This document shows, piece by piece, positions 1 through 8,659 of a DNA stretch of 50,099 nt. Position 1 is the first letter of the stretch; the number at the start of each line of letters is the position of its first letter. The translations under genes were made by a program, and so were the position numbers. Location: contig CBDUYG010000001.1 in the NCBI GenBank assembly GCA_965371385.1, positions 1 to 50,099 of the forward strand. The letters run 5' to 3'. This DNA comes from an uncultured Myxococcales bacterium. Lineage in GTDB: Bacteria; Myxococcota_A; UBA9160; UBA4427. Below the pieces are notes generated by a model that had not been told where the DNA came from, ran no database searches, and saw only the letters and a list, made by a program, of their open reading frames with translations.

Positions 1-1775
1 AGACCCGCCGGGCCATCGAGCGAGGTATTCTCGCTGAACTCAGGCAGCTCTTCGAAGCCCGCGGGCATCTCTGCAGCGGCCGTCGCCCCACGGGTCGGCT
101 CGACGTTCCCGTCCGAATCCGTCGCCACCGACTGAGCGGCGTCACCGGCATCCGAGCCCGGCGTCTCCGCCACACCCGCGACGGTCGTGACAGAATCGAG
201 CGCCTCGGCCGGGAAGGCCGGCGGCGCTGCGGCCGCGACACCCATGTAGGCAAAGTCGATTAGGAGCAGTGTGCCCTTCTGCGAGATCACGGGCCTCTGG
301 TTCGCGGCCCGCGTCACGACGAGGCGCACCTCGTCCGTCTCCACGTCGGGCTGTTGAAAAATCGTGATCAGCGAAACCGGGCCACCGGCCTGGCCGAGCA
401 CGTGGCCCGCGACCGCGTCCGCAATCACCGATCCTGGAAAGCTGAGCACCAGCGTATCCGAATCCGGCTCCATCATCGCGTAGTCGACGTTCGCTTCACT
501 CAAAACCGTAATACGATCGGTCTGCCCCATGGTCTGATAGTGGATTCCGTAGATCTGGATCGAACTCGACTCGGCTGCGTTCGCCGCAGCGAGGTCGGTG
601 GCGGATGCCATCACCTCGCCTCCGACCGCCCCGGTTGAGTTCTCCAGGTCCTGATCCCACCGGGCCGAGGGAACACCTTCATCTTCGACGGCGACGATCT
701 CCATCCCGCCGAGCATCTGCTCGGTGCTGACCTGATCGAGCTGCTCGGATCCGACCTCGGCGGCGGCATCCATGTTGGACATGGCCTCCAGGCGCCACGC
801 CTCGTCGGCCGCTGCAAGCCCGGCCGCAAGAGCCTCATCGAGATCCTGGCCACTGCCCAGTGCCACGTAGAGACCGTCGGGTGCGGGGCGTACCGTGCGG
901 CCGTCGAAGTCGATAGCACCGGGGCCGCCGTCGATCACGACACGAACCTTGTCACTGTGACCACCGATCCGGATTCGCTTCACGAGCTCGTGATCCACCT
1001 CGATCTGGTTGGACTCGAACGCCTTGCTGAGACCGGGAAGGTCCATCACGAAGCGGACCGGGTTCTCGAGCGAGAAGCTCTCCACCGACCCAATGGTTCC
1101 GTTGCCCTCGAGCCGGATCAACGCGCCGGACTCGGTGGTCTCCACCTCGACCGCAACGAGGCTGGTGGCCATCGGCGGATCCGGAATCTCGATCGCGAGC
1201 CGTGCGGGCGCCTCTTCACCGGCGATCATCTCCGCATCCTCGAGGCCCGGCGACGAATCTCCGTTCGCCTGTCCACGCGCCTCGCCATTCGACCAGGGAT
1301 CCGCATCCGCGCGGCTGCCGCGCTCGGACATCACGAGCTGCAGCCCGTCACTGCCGCGAATCACGTCGAACTCGGCATCGACCGCCATGGCAATCTCGAC
1401 CCGGGTCTCCGCGATGCCATGGCCCTGGTCGTACGAGCTCACCGTCACGTAGTCCACGAGCCCGTCGTAGACCTCGACGAGATCCGTATCGCTCGTGGTT
1501 CCGACCGACGAGAGATCCACGACGATGGCTCGAAGCTCCTCGTTGAAGACGGCCGTGTAGACCGGATCCATCACGCCTTCCATCGTCACGGTCGTCGAGC
1601 TCTCACCCGTCTCGATTCGCAGATTACTCAGCGAATCCCCTGCCTGCGACCCATCCGAAGTGGGTTCCGGATCCAGCTCCGGCGACGATGCGCACGCAAT
1701 GGCGATTACCGTCACGAGGCCCACGGCCAGAGCCGCCGCCACCTTCCCCACGCTTCCACTCTTCGAAGCGACCAT
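1..1775 (-). CDS. pilQ: Type IV pilus secretin PilQ, N-terminal part (gene continues past the left edge)
   Basis: Not in the ORF track because there is no stop in the window. Hand translation from the ATG at 1775 stays open to position 1. It begins MVASKSGSVGKVAAALAVGLVTVIAIACASS (lipobox-like IAC). Three AMIN-like repeats follow, e.g. LVAVEVETTESGALIRLEGNG...VRFVMDLPG and IQIYGIHYQTMGQTDRITVLSE. It starts 5 nt after the pilP stop, in pilMNOPQ order. Confidence 0.8.
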   Translation of the reverse strand, partial: MVASKSGSVGKVAAALAVGLVTVIAIACASSPELDPEPTSDGSQAGDSLSNLRIETGESSTTVTMEGVMDPVYTAVFNEELRAIVVDLSSVGTTSDTDLVEVYDGLVDYVTVSSYDQGHGIAETRVEIAMAVDAEFDVIRGSDGLQLVMSERGSRADADPWSNGEARGQANGDSSPGLEDAEMIAGEEAPARLAIEIPDPPMATSLVAVEVETTESGALIRLEGNGTIGSVESFSLENPVRFVMDLPGLSKAFESNQIEVDHELVKRIRIGGHSDKVRVVIDGGPGAIDFDGRTVRPAPDGLYVALGSGQDLDEALAAGLAAADEAWRLEAMSNMDAAAEVGSEQLDQVSTEQMLGGMEIVAVEDEGVPSARWDQDLENSTGAVGGEVMASATDLAAANAAESSSIQIYGIHYQTMGQTDRITVLSEANVDYAMMEPDSDTLVLSFPGSVIADAVAGHVLGQAGGPVSLITIFQQPDVETDEVRLVVTRAANQRPVISQKGTLLLIDFAYMGVAAAAPPAFPAEALDSVTTVAGVAETPGSDAGDAAQSVATDSDGNVEPTRGATAAAEMPAGFEELPEFSENTSLDGPAG

Positions 1776-1780
1776 CCAGC

Positions 1781-2419
1781 TCACCCCCCTTGGATCCTAC
1801 GAATCTTCATTTCAACGTCCTTCGTGGACTCTTCACCAGCGAAGTCGATATAGGTCTCTTTGACCAGGACGAGATTGTCTCCGATGTGGATGACCAACCC
1901 GTCGTTCTTCCCGACATGCGAGCCTTCTCTGACGACATAGGCATCACCACCAGGATCGATCACGAGTGCGCGCGGCCGATTCGAATCCCAGACAATCGCC
2001 GTGACGGCAAGCTGCCCGAGCTCGTACTGCTCCAGTGGCCCCCGCACCACGCGCTCAACCGAGCGGCTCTGCCAGAAGATCGAGCGGAAGGGATCCCGCT
2101 TGTTCCTCGCGTCGTACACGTAGTCCACTTCGACGCTGCCCATCGCCGTGTCCAGTACGCTCGCTCCGGGCGCTTGATCCTGCGCCACGCTGGCTGCAAC
2201 CGCCTTTGCTCGAGCACCCCGGTTCTGCTCCCGTTTCTTGACCGTCGCCGCGACACGTGCCCTCTCGGCCGCCAGCTCCGACACCTTTGGAGCACTCGCC
2301 GGAGCCTCGTCCTGGCAGCTAACTGCCATCGCCGCGAGAGCTACGGCCAGAATTACCGCAAGTTTTCTCACGCCACCCTCCCTGCATCTCGCCGAAATCC
2401 CAGGTTTCCTTCTCGACAC
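1781..2419 (-). CDS. pilP: Type IV pilus assembly lipoprotein PilP
   Basis: 212-aa ORF with lipobox AAMAVSC. PilP-type C-terminal domain: RDPFRS...YELGQLAVTAIVW...ALVIDPGGDAYVVREGSHVGKNDG. Lies between pilO and pilQ. Confidence 0.8.
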   Translation of the reverse strand: MSRRKPGISARCREGGVRKLAVILAVALAAMAVSCQDEAPASAPKVSELAAERARVAATVKKREQNRGARAKAVAASVAQDQAPGASVLDTAMGSVEVDYVYDARNKRDPFRSIFWQSRSVERVVRGPLEQYELGQLAVTAIVWDSNRPRALVIDPGGDAYVVREGSHVGKNDGLVIHIGDNLVLVKETYIDFAGEESTKDVEMKIRRIQGG

Positions 2420-2434
2420 TGCACTTCGCTCCCG

Positions 2435-3031
2435 TCAGACCTTCTCGATGAATCGAAAGGTCGTCGCCATGCCCTTGACGTTGAGGATGGTCCCGACCGC
2501 GCTCTCGCTGACGATCGAGATCTCCATGGCGCCCATGTTCACGATTCGGGGCAGGTTCGAGAGCTGCTCCATGAAACGCGCAAGGTCGTGATAGGACCCC
2601 TCGAGCCTCAGGCTGAATGGCACCTCGGCATAGAAGCTGTGAGGGACCTCCTTCCTTCGCTCGACCGAATGGATCGCGACTCCAACCTTCTTCCCAGCCG
2701 TCGAGATGTCTCGCAGGAGATCCTCGAACTGCTTGCGGTTTGGCAGCTGCTTCAGGGCGCGGCTGAGGTCTCGCTCGAGACTCGCGACCTCCAGCTCGAA
2801 ATCCGCCAGGTTGGAGGCCACCACCCGAACCTTGTTGAGCTTGCGCTGGAGCTCATCCGCCTGCCCGCGCAGGCCGACGAGCTGCTCGTGTGAGGTCCGA
2901 TAGGACAGGATGTAGTACCCGGCCACGACACAGGCCAGCATCCCGAGCACCGCGCCGAGACGCGCTGCCTTCGGAACCTTGGCGATCTTCTCGACGATTT
3001 CCTCGAATTCGAAGTTCATCTCAAGAGCCAC
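2435..3031 (-). CDS. pilO: Type IV pilus alignment protein PilO
   Basis: 198 aa with one N-terminal TM helix (AARLGAVLGMLACVVAGYYIL), then a coiled coil and a C-terminal globular part. Position between pilN and pilP. Confidence 0.75.
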   Translation of the reverse strand: MALEMNFEFEEIVEKIAKVPKAARLGAVLGMLACVVAGYYILSYRTSHEQLVGLRGQADELQRKLNKVRVVASNLADFELEVASLERDLSRALKQLPNRKQFEDLLRDISTAGKKVGVAIHSVERRKEVPHSFYAEVPFSLRLEGSYHDLARFMEQLSNLPRIVNMGAMEISIVSESAVGTILNVKGMATTFRFIEKV

Positions 3032-3036
3032 GTCGC

Positions 3037-3603
3037 CTATCCCTCCCCGCGCTTCGAGTCGCTGGTCTCGAATTCCGCAATGATCTTGAAGTTGACCAGG
3101 CTCACGCCATCGACGCTCTTCCCACCCTTGGTGCTCTGGAGGTCCACGTTCACGAAGCTCTCGGACTGATTGAGATTTCGCAGGAAGTCGGCCACGATTC
3201 CCGTGTCGATGCTCTCCCCCTGCATCGTCACCTTACCGGCCTTCGCTTCGAGCTTCTTGAGCCAGAGGCGCTCGGGGACCAGATCGGCCAGATCATCGAA
3301 GAGCCTAACCGGGCCCGATCGGGCGCTCTCGAGACCCCTGATCACGTCGAGCTTCGACTCGAGTTCGGAGCGGGTCGACTTGAACTTCGCGACCTGGGCC
3401 TGCTGGGGCTTGAACCGTTCGATCGCGGCCTGAAGCTGGCGAACCGATGTCTGCGCCTCATGGAGCTTCTTTGTCGTGTCACGCTCGACGAAGAAGATGC
3501 CTCCCAGGATCAGCACCATGCCCAGAATCAGGAGCGCGGCCGATTGGCGAAGATCCGCGATCCGTCGCGCTTCGCGATGCGGAAGTAGATTGATCTCGAT
3601 CAT
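3037..3603 (-). CDS. pilN: Type IV pilus alignment protein PilN
   Basis: 188 aa. Characteristic start MIEINLLPHREARR followed by a single TM helix. 4-nt overlap with the pilM stop. Confidence 0.85.
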   Translation of the reverse strand: MIEINLLPHREARRIADLRQSAALLILGMVLILGGIFFVERDTTKKLHEAQTSVRQLQAAIERFKPQQAQVAKFKSTRSELESKLDVIRGLESARSGPVRLFDDLADLVPERLWLKKLEAKAGKVTMQGESIDTGIVADFLRNLNQSESFVNVDLQSTKGGKSVDGVSLVNFKIIAEFETSDSKRGEG

Positions 3604-4676
3604 CCGAGTGCGATCCTCCGTGTAGCAAGGCCGATGCCGACTCCCAGTGAGGGAGCGAGTTCAGCGAGAGCCTCGGGCTCGAAGCCCTGACTCGGAAGCA
3701 TTCGGGAGAGCGGGTTCAGGGCCTCGACCGTGAGGCCGGTGCGATCTGCGAAGGCCGAGTCGAGTCCCACGATCTTCGCGCCTCCTCCCGAGAGCAGTAC
3801 TCTCGTGATCCGGCTCTCGGCCGACGTAGCGGTGTAGAAATCGAGAGAGCGCGCGATCTCTCCAATCACGATGTCCGTCACGGCGCGAACGGCATGCTCG
3901 ACTTCCTGAGGCACGACCTCCTGGTCGCCGTCGCCACCACCGAGCTTCAGCCGTTCGGCTTCTTCAAAACTCACCGACAGGGCCTTCTGAATCTCCTCGG
4001 TGTACTGATTGCCGCCCGTCGTGATGTCGCGGGTAAAGGCGGGAATGCCGTTCTCCACGATATTGATGTTCACCACCTGGGCACCGATGTTGATCAGCGC
4101 GATGACCTCGTCTCCGGGCTCTTCGTAGTTGTATTCGAATGCGTTCTCCACCGCGAATGCGGCGACGTCGATCGCTGCGGGGTTCAAGCCCGCCTCGATG
4201 ATCACCTGCACGTAGTCGTCAACGAGATCCTTCTTCGCTGCAACCAACAGAACATCCATCTGGCCTTCGCCCTCACTCGACTCCAGAATCTGGAAGTCGA
4301 GGTGCACCTCGTTCACATCGAAGGGGATGTACTGCTCGGCCTCCCACTCGATCTGATCCTCGAGCTCTTCACGTGTCATCGCCGGAAGGCTGACCTTCTT
4401 CACGATCACCGAATGACCCGAGACCGCGACCGCCACATCCTTGGTCTTGAAGCGGCCCGCGTCCATGGCCTCACGGATCGTGTCGACGATGGCTCCCGAG
4501 TTCAGAAAGACTCCTTGAACGATCGCCTCGTTGGGAAGGTTGGCGATGCCGAGCCCCTTCAGCTCGAACCCTTTGTCCCTACCCTTCATGTTGATCTCGA
4601 CCGCCTTCACCGAGGACGAGCCGATATCGAGGCCGACCAGAGAGGGCTTGCCAAAGCCGAGCATTGTGAGATCCAT
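3600..4676 (-). CDS. pilM: Type IV pilus assembly ATPase-fold protein PilM
   Basis: 358 aa. Actin-like motifs LVGLDIGSSSVKAVE and LLSGGGAKI. First structural gene of pilMNOPQ. Confidence 0.9.
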   Translation of the reverse strand: MDLTMLGFGKPSLVGLDIGSSSVKAVEINMKGRDKGFELKGLGIANLPNEAIVQGVFLNSGAIVDTIREAMDAGRFKTKDVAVAVSGHSVIVKKVSLPAMTREELEDQIEWEAEQYIPFDVNEVHLDFQILESSEGEGQMDVLLVAAKKDLVDDYVQVIIEAGLNPAAIDVAAFAVENAFEYNYEEPGDEVIALINIGAQVVNINIVENGIPAFTRDITTGGNQYTEEIQKALSVSFEEAERLKLGGGDGDQEVVPQEVEHAVRAVTDIVIGEIARSLDFYTATSAESRITRVLLSGGGAKIVGLDSAFADRTGLTVEALNPLSRMLPSQGFEPEALAELAPSLGVGIGLATRRIALG

Positions 4677-4700
4677 TGGGCTTTCCTCTTTCCCGCCTGC

Positions 4701-4961
4701 CTAGAGCCGGCCGATTTCTTCGGAGGTGACGAGCGCCGGCTGCGGGCTCCCCGCCTCCGGGTTGAGGCCGCCAAAGACCTGATCCTTGTCGCCGACACGC
4801 AATCCCAGTGCCAGCAGAATCTTCCGTTTGGTATCCAGGCGGCAGGGTCGGCCGGCTTCGACGCGATCTATCGTCAACGTCGATAGACCAGCCTTGCGGG
4901 CGAGTTCGGCCTTGCTCATCATGAGATCCTCGCGGTACCTCTGTACGTTGTTTCTCGACAA
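4701..4961 (-). CDS. XRE-family helix-turn-helix transcriptional regulator
   Basis: HTH_3-like core NNVQRYREDLMMSKAELARKAGLSTLTIDRVEAGRPCRLDTKRKILLALGL. The preferred start is the TTG at 4961, preceded by GGAGGA-N6. The tracked ORF extends to a TTG at 5039, and an ATG at 4922 is also possible. The stop lies 25 nt upstream of the pilM start. Confidence 0.65.
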   Translation of the reverse strand: MSRNNVQRYREDLMMSKAELARKAGLSTLTIDRVEAGRPCRLDTKRKILLALGLRVGDKDQVFGGLNPEAGSPQPALVTSEEIGRL

Positions 4962-5282
4962 CTCACTTCCTCCGCGGCCTCGCACTCGTCCTGTGCATTG
5001 CCCTTGAATCGCGGTGCTGCGTCCGACGCAACTTGACAATGGCAGGTATCGGCCCTGTGTTTCAGTGACTTGAGCCCTCTGCCCTCGAGCGCATTGCGTC
5101 GCGTGTTCGCGCAGACCCGCCGCAACTCATGCGAACGATGACCTCTCGCCGATGCAGAAACGACCTCTTCCAGTACAACTCGAATGGCCGCTCGCAGCCC
5201 TGTTTCTGCAGTACTCGGCTTTCCGGCCTGGGCGCCTCCCTGACTGGACGAGAGCGGAATCGACGCATCCCGACCGTTGCAT

Positions 5283-5298
5283 TGTGATTCAATTCACA
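5283..5298. promoter_or_regulatory. Perfect CRP/FNR-family consensus palindrome TGTGA-N6-TCACA
   Basis: Sequence tgtgattcaattcaca sits in the AT-richer part of the pilR-to-XRE spacer. None of the other TGTGA occurrences I noticed while reading is followed by N6-TCACA. Confidence 0.35.
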
Positions 5299-5558
5299 CT
5301 TCAGCCCGGTCTGCTCTCTTTGTGCGTGATAAAGATGAAAAGAGCGCTTCTCTGATCCCGACGTGAGTCGAAGCTGCGCATATTTTTTTATCTTGTGTAT
5401 CTCGGATACGCGGTCATGAAGCGGAAACCGCGAGACCAGCCCCGTCGGGCCCGCCCAGGACATCCGACGGGAGCTCGATCCAGGATGTCGCGGGACCCCG
5501 GGTGACGCGGAACGAACCCGGCTGATCGACCGTCGGTGTGGCCGAGGGTGGAGGGCGG

Positions 5559-6950
5559 CTACGATGATTCGGGGTCTCGATCGTCCAGACCGAGCTTCTC
5601 CAGGCGATATCGGAAGGAGCGGAAGGAAACGCCGAGCAGTGCGGCGGCCCGCTTCTTCACTCCACTCGAGGCTCGCAAGGCCTCACCGAGAAGCGCTCGC
5701 TCGTAGTCGTTGACGAGCTGCTCGAGGTTTACGCCTTCGCTCGGGATCTGGCAGGAGTAGGTCACCTCCGGCGGCCGGAGGATGGTGGCGGGAAGCGAAT
5801 CCGTGGTGATCTCGGGGCCGCGTGAGAGCGCCACGGCCCGCTCGATGATGTTCTCGAGCTCCCGGACGTTGCCGGGGTAGGAGTAGTCCATGAGCTTGGA
5901 CAATGTCTCTTCCGAGACGCTCTCGACCTCCCTGCCCAGCTCCGTGGCCAACTTCTGCACGAAGTGCTTCACCAGCAGGGGTATGTCCTCACGCCTCTCG
6001 GAGAGGGTCGGAAGCGGAATCTGTATCACGTTGAGGCGATAGTACAGGTCTTCCCGGAACCGACCCGCCGCCACTTCCTCCTCGAGGCGTCGGTTGGTGG
6101 CCGACACGATGCGAACGTCCACCTTCATGTCGCTCGTGCCCCCGACTCGCCGGATCGTCTTCTCCTGGATCACACGCAGGAGCTTGACCTGAAGCGGGGC
6201 CGAGAGCTCTCCGACCTCGTCGAGGAAGAGCGTGCCTGCCTCGGCGGTCTGGAAGAGGCCTTCCTTGTTCGATACGGCGCCCGTGAACGCCCCCTTCACG
6301 TGACCAAAGAGCTCCGACTCCATGAGATTCTCGGGGATCGCGCCGCAGTTGACTGCGACGAAGGGCTTGTTTCTTCGCTCGCTCTGGTCGTGGATGGCTC
6401 GTGCGACCAGTTCCTTTCCCGTGCCACTGTCTCCGCTGATCAGGACGTTGGTTCGCGTATCCGCGACCCGACCGATGAGGTCGAAGACGCGCCGCATCGC
6501 ATCGCTCGTCCCGATGATGCTCCGTTGGCGCTGCTGTCCTCGCAGCTCTGTCCGCAGACGTTGATTCTCCCGGGCGAGCAGTGTCTTCTCGAGAGCCTTC
6601 TCTACCACCAGGCGAATCTCGTCCACCTTGAAGGGCTTCGTGATGTAGTCGTACGCGCCCTCCTTCATGGCGGAGATCGCACTATCGGTGCTGGCAAAGG
6701 CCGTGATCATGATTGTGGCGGCGTCTGGACAGTGTTCGCGCACCACTTGGAGCAGATCCAGCCCGGAGCCGTCGGGCATCTGCATGTCGCTGATGACGAG
6801 ATCAAACTCGTCGTTCTCGAGGCAGAGGGTTCCACTGGTAACGTCGCCGGCCGTAATGACGTCGTATCCCTCCCGACGGAAGAAGATCTCCAGGAATTCC
6901 TGCATGCTGCGCTCGTCGTCGACGACCAGAACTCGCGCCTTCGCGCTCAC
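5559..6950 (-). CDS. pilR: Sigma54-dependent response regulator PilR (REC, AAA+, Fis-type HTH)
   Basis: 463 aa. REC domain (VLVVDDE...DLVISDMQMPDG), Walker A GDSGTGKE, ESELFGHVKGAFTGA (GAFTGA loop) and a C-terminal HTH (KKRAAALLGVSFRSFRYRL). 4-nt overlap with the pilS stop. Confidence 0.85.
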   Translation of the reverse strand: MSAKARVLVVDDERSMQEFLEIFFRREGYDVITAGDVTSGTLCLENDEFDLVISDMQMPDGSGLDLLQVVREHCPDAATIMITAFASTDSAISAMKEGAYDYITKPFKVDEIRLVVEKALEKTLLARENQRLRTELRGQQRQRSIIGTSDAMRRVFDLIGRVADTRTNVLISGDSGTGKELVARAIHDQSERRNKPFVAVNCGAIPENLMESELFGHVKGAFTGAVSNKEGLFQTAEAGTLFLDEVGELSAPLQVKLLRVIQEKTIRRVGGTSDMKVDVRIVSATNRRLEEEVAAGRFREDLYYRLNVIQIPLPTLSERREDIPLLVKHFVQKLATELGREVESVSEETLSKLMDYSYPGNVRELENIIERAVALSRGPEITTDSLPATILRPPEVTYSCQIPSEGVNLEQLVNDYERALLGEALRASSGVKKRAAALLGVSFRSFRYRLEKLGLDDRDPESS

Positions 6951-8656
6951 GCTCGACTCTCCGCGCCGGGCAGGCGGATTCGAAATGTGGTGCCCCTGTC
7001 CAGCTCACTCTCCAACTGCAGCTCCCCTCCGTGGTTCTCCACAACCCGGTGTACCATGGCGAGCCCAAGGCCCGTCCCGCCGTTCTTCGTCGTGTAGAAG
7101 GGCTCGAAGATCCGTTCCTGCTCGTCGTTCGGAATCCCGCATCCCGAATCCGAAATGAGGATCTCGATCCACGATGCGTTTCGGTGAGACTCGACATCGT
7201 CTTGAGAAAACTCTCCCGGCACGCGATCGGCGGAAATGCTCAGGCTTCCGTCTCCCTGGATCGACTGAATGCCGTTCAGACACAGGTTCCAGAGGAGCTG
7301 CCGGAGTTGTCCGGGATCCGCCCGAACCTGCAGGTCGGCCGCGACGTCGACCTGCAGGGAGATGCACTCCGGGCACGCGGGCTGCAGCAGCTTCAACAGA
7401 TCCTCGATGGGGCCGGCGAGATCGACGGTCTCCAGCCGCATCGGTGCCGGTCGAGCGTACAATAGGAAGTCCGTGATGAGGCTGTCGAGGCGCTGGGTCT
7501 CGCGCAACACGATGCCCATGAGCTGATCCGGCTCGCTGCCAAGGTTGCTCGAGGCAAGATCGCTGCGCAGAATCTCGATCGATCCCGAGATCGAAGCCAG
7601 GGGGTTTCGAATCTCGTGGGCGATCTTCGCCGAAAGCTCACCGACGGCCGCAAGACGTTCGCGACGACGAAGCTCCGACTCCATGGTCACCACCTCGGTT
7701 ACGTCCTGGAAGATCACTACGTCACCGACGTTCTCCCCATCTGCATCCCGCAGCACGCTTCCCGCGAGCCCCAGATGGACCCGCTCTCCCCGTGCGTTCT
7801 CGTAGCTGAGGCGGGTGCGTCGGGTCACCGTCGAGACCCCGTACTCACAGTCGTCCAGAAACTCCGGGGCGCCGGGAATCACCTCCCCCAGCTTCCGGCC
7901 CTTCACCTCCGACGCGCTGCGCCCGGTGATCCGTTCCGCTTCCGGATTGAACGACATGATGCAACCGTGCGAATCGGTCGTCAGGAGCCCGCTCATGATG
8001 CTCTCGACCGTACACTGATGGAGATATCGCAGCTGCTGGAGGTCCTGGGCACTGGTCTCGAGTGCGGCGTCTACGCGCTGTATTTCGCCGCTGAGAACGC
8101 TCGCCAGGGCGCCGACGAGGAAGAGTGCTCCTCCATGCACGCACCACACGGCCACGAGATAGGGCAGGCCGATCGAGTCGGCGGCCTGATCACCGCCGAG
8201 ATACCAGCCTTCGTTGGCGCTGTAGAGAGCCAGCCCGTATCCGACGACGCTCAGGATCGCCGCTCGCAGGGCGACCCGGCGCTTGAAAAGAAGCGCGCCG
8301 TAGAGAATGACGAGGACGTAGAGGAAGGTAAAGACCGAGTCCCTACCGCCGGAGAAGTGGACCAGGGAGGACACGATGATCACGTCCATACCGATCTGCA
8401 GGTTCGCGAAGCGCCAGGGGTTGCGAATCCGATTGAAGGACGCCCCCGATAGGACCGCCGCAAAGAAGGCGAAGGTGACGGTCCAGTAGATCCCGCTTCT
8501 CGCCTCGTCCGAAAGCTCCCGACCGAGACCATCGAGGCCCGCTGCCAGGGCAAGGCTCGAGAGGGCGAGCAGGAGCCGCCCGCCCATCAGCCAGATGAGA
8601 CGCCTCTCGGTCTGCTGGTCGAGTGCCGGAACCACCATTGTCTTCGTGTGGTTCAA
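6947..8656 (-). CDS. pilS: Sensor histidine kinase PilS (polytopic membrane N-terminus, PAS, HisKA, HATPase)
   Basis: 569 aa with about 6 N-terminal TM helices. H-box AHEIRNPLASI and G-boxes DSGCGIP / GGTGLGLA. Adjacent to pilR and pilC. Confidence 0.8.
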   Translation of the reverse strand: MNHTKTMVVPALDQQTERRLIWLMGGRLLLALSSLALAAGLDGLGRELSDEARSGIYWTVTFAFFAAVLSGASFNRIRNPWRFANLQIGMDVIIVSSLVHFSGGRDSVFTFLYVLVILYGALLFKRRVALRAAILSVVGYGLALYSANEGWYLGGDQAADSIGLPYLVAVWCVHGGALFLVGALASVLSGEIQRVDAALETSAQDLQQLRYLHQCTVESIMSGLLTTDSHGCIMSFNPEAERITGRSASEVKGRKLGEVIPGAPEFLDDCEYGVSTVTRRTRLSYENARGERVHLGLAGSVLRDADGENVGDVVIFQDVTEVVTMESELRRRERLAAVGELSAKIAHEIRNPLASISGSIEILRSDLASSNLGSEPDQLMGIVLRETQRLDSLITDFLLYARPAPMRLETVDLAGPIEDLLKLLQPACPECISLQVDVAADLQVRADPGQLRQLLWNLCLNGIQSIQGDGSLSISADRVPGEFSQDDVESHRNASWIEILISDSGCGIPNDEQERIFEPFYTTKNGGTGLGLAMVHRVVENHGGELQLESELDRGTTFRIRLPGAESRA

Positions 8657-8659
8657 GAT

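Noticed and set aside
5062-5463. 133-aa minus-strand ORF in the position where pilA would be expected
   Set aside because: It has no prepilin leader or hydrophobic N-terminal helix (G/FTLIE...). It is Arg-rich, has no SD, and spans the AT-rich presumably regulatory spacer.
4962-5558. Sigma54 (-24/-12) promoter for PilR; also candidates at about 23971 and about 42691 (TGGCAA...)
   Set aside because: No TGGCAC-N5-TTGC match was found. The TGGCAAATTTGC at about 42700 (minus strand) has GG-GC spacing 3 nt too short.
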